Assembly (NCBI RefSeq): GCF_000002075.1
Contig: NW_004797496.1
Location: 969,120 to 1,033,119, forward strand
From: Aplysia californica
Lineage: Eukaryota
Length of the DNA stretch: 64,000 nt
Reading direction: 5' to 3'
Below the pieces are notes generated by a model that saw nothing but the letters and a program-made list of their open reading frames with translations, was not told where the DNA came from and did not search any database. Of the stretch, positions 63,895 to 64,000 are shown one piece after another. The position numbers and the translations under genes are program-made. Position 1 is the stretch's first letter; the number at the start of each line of letters is the position of its first letter.

Positions 63895-64000
63895 GTATGT
63901 CAATTATACAGATGTTGTGGGTATAACAAGATAATGTAGCATTCTGCAGTTCCCTACACACTCACACACGTGTGCGAGTGCGCGCACACACACACACACA

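Overview
AT-rich, repeat-dense animal genomic scaffold with several N-gaps; intron-exon organisation and repeat types suggest an invertebrate, probably a mollusc (inference). I reconstructed three complete spliced genes and the 5' part of a fourth from splice signals and reading phase. (1) Caspase A (minus strand, 7 coding exons, 13203->2425, 400 aa) is atypical: its intersubunit linker is about 124 aa and contains a 3x21-aa tandem repeat, it has a 12-aa insertion after the catalytic His, and it has a Tyr at the centre of the dimer interface. (2) Caspase B (plus strand, 6 coding exons, 16545->31832, 293 aa) is a canonical caspase-3/7-like effector whose penultimate-exon splice donor is triplicated by a 41-bp repeat. 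The two are head-to-head about 3.3 kb apart, share exon phases, and flank a region with NF-kB- and IRF-type motifs. (3) An SLC16/MCT-family transporter (minus strand, 8 exons, 58015->47160, 619 aa) lacks the MCT1 TM1 Lys and TM8 Arg. (4) A Gln/Pro-rich gene starts at 63147 and runs off the window. The rest is degenerate LINEs, tRNA-derived SINEs and non-autonomous DNA transposons (hAT-, Mutator-, piggyBac-, Harbinger- and Tc1/mariner-like by TIR/TSD). The best candidate for an undescribed system is a possibly immune-inducible divergent caspase pair: a conventional effector plus a remodelled, possibly regulatory partner.
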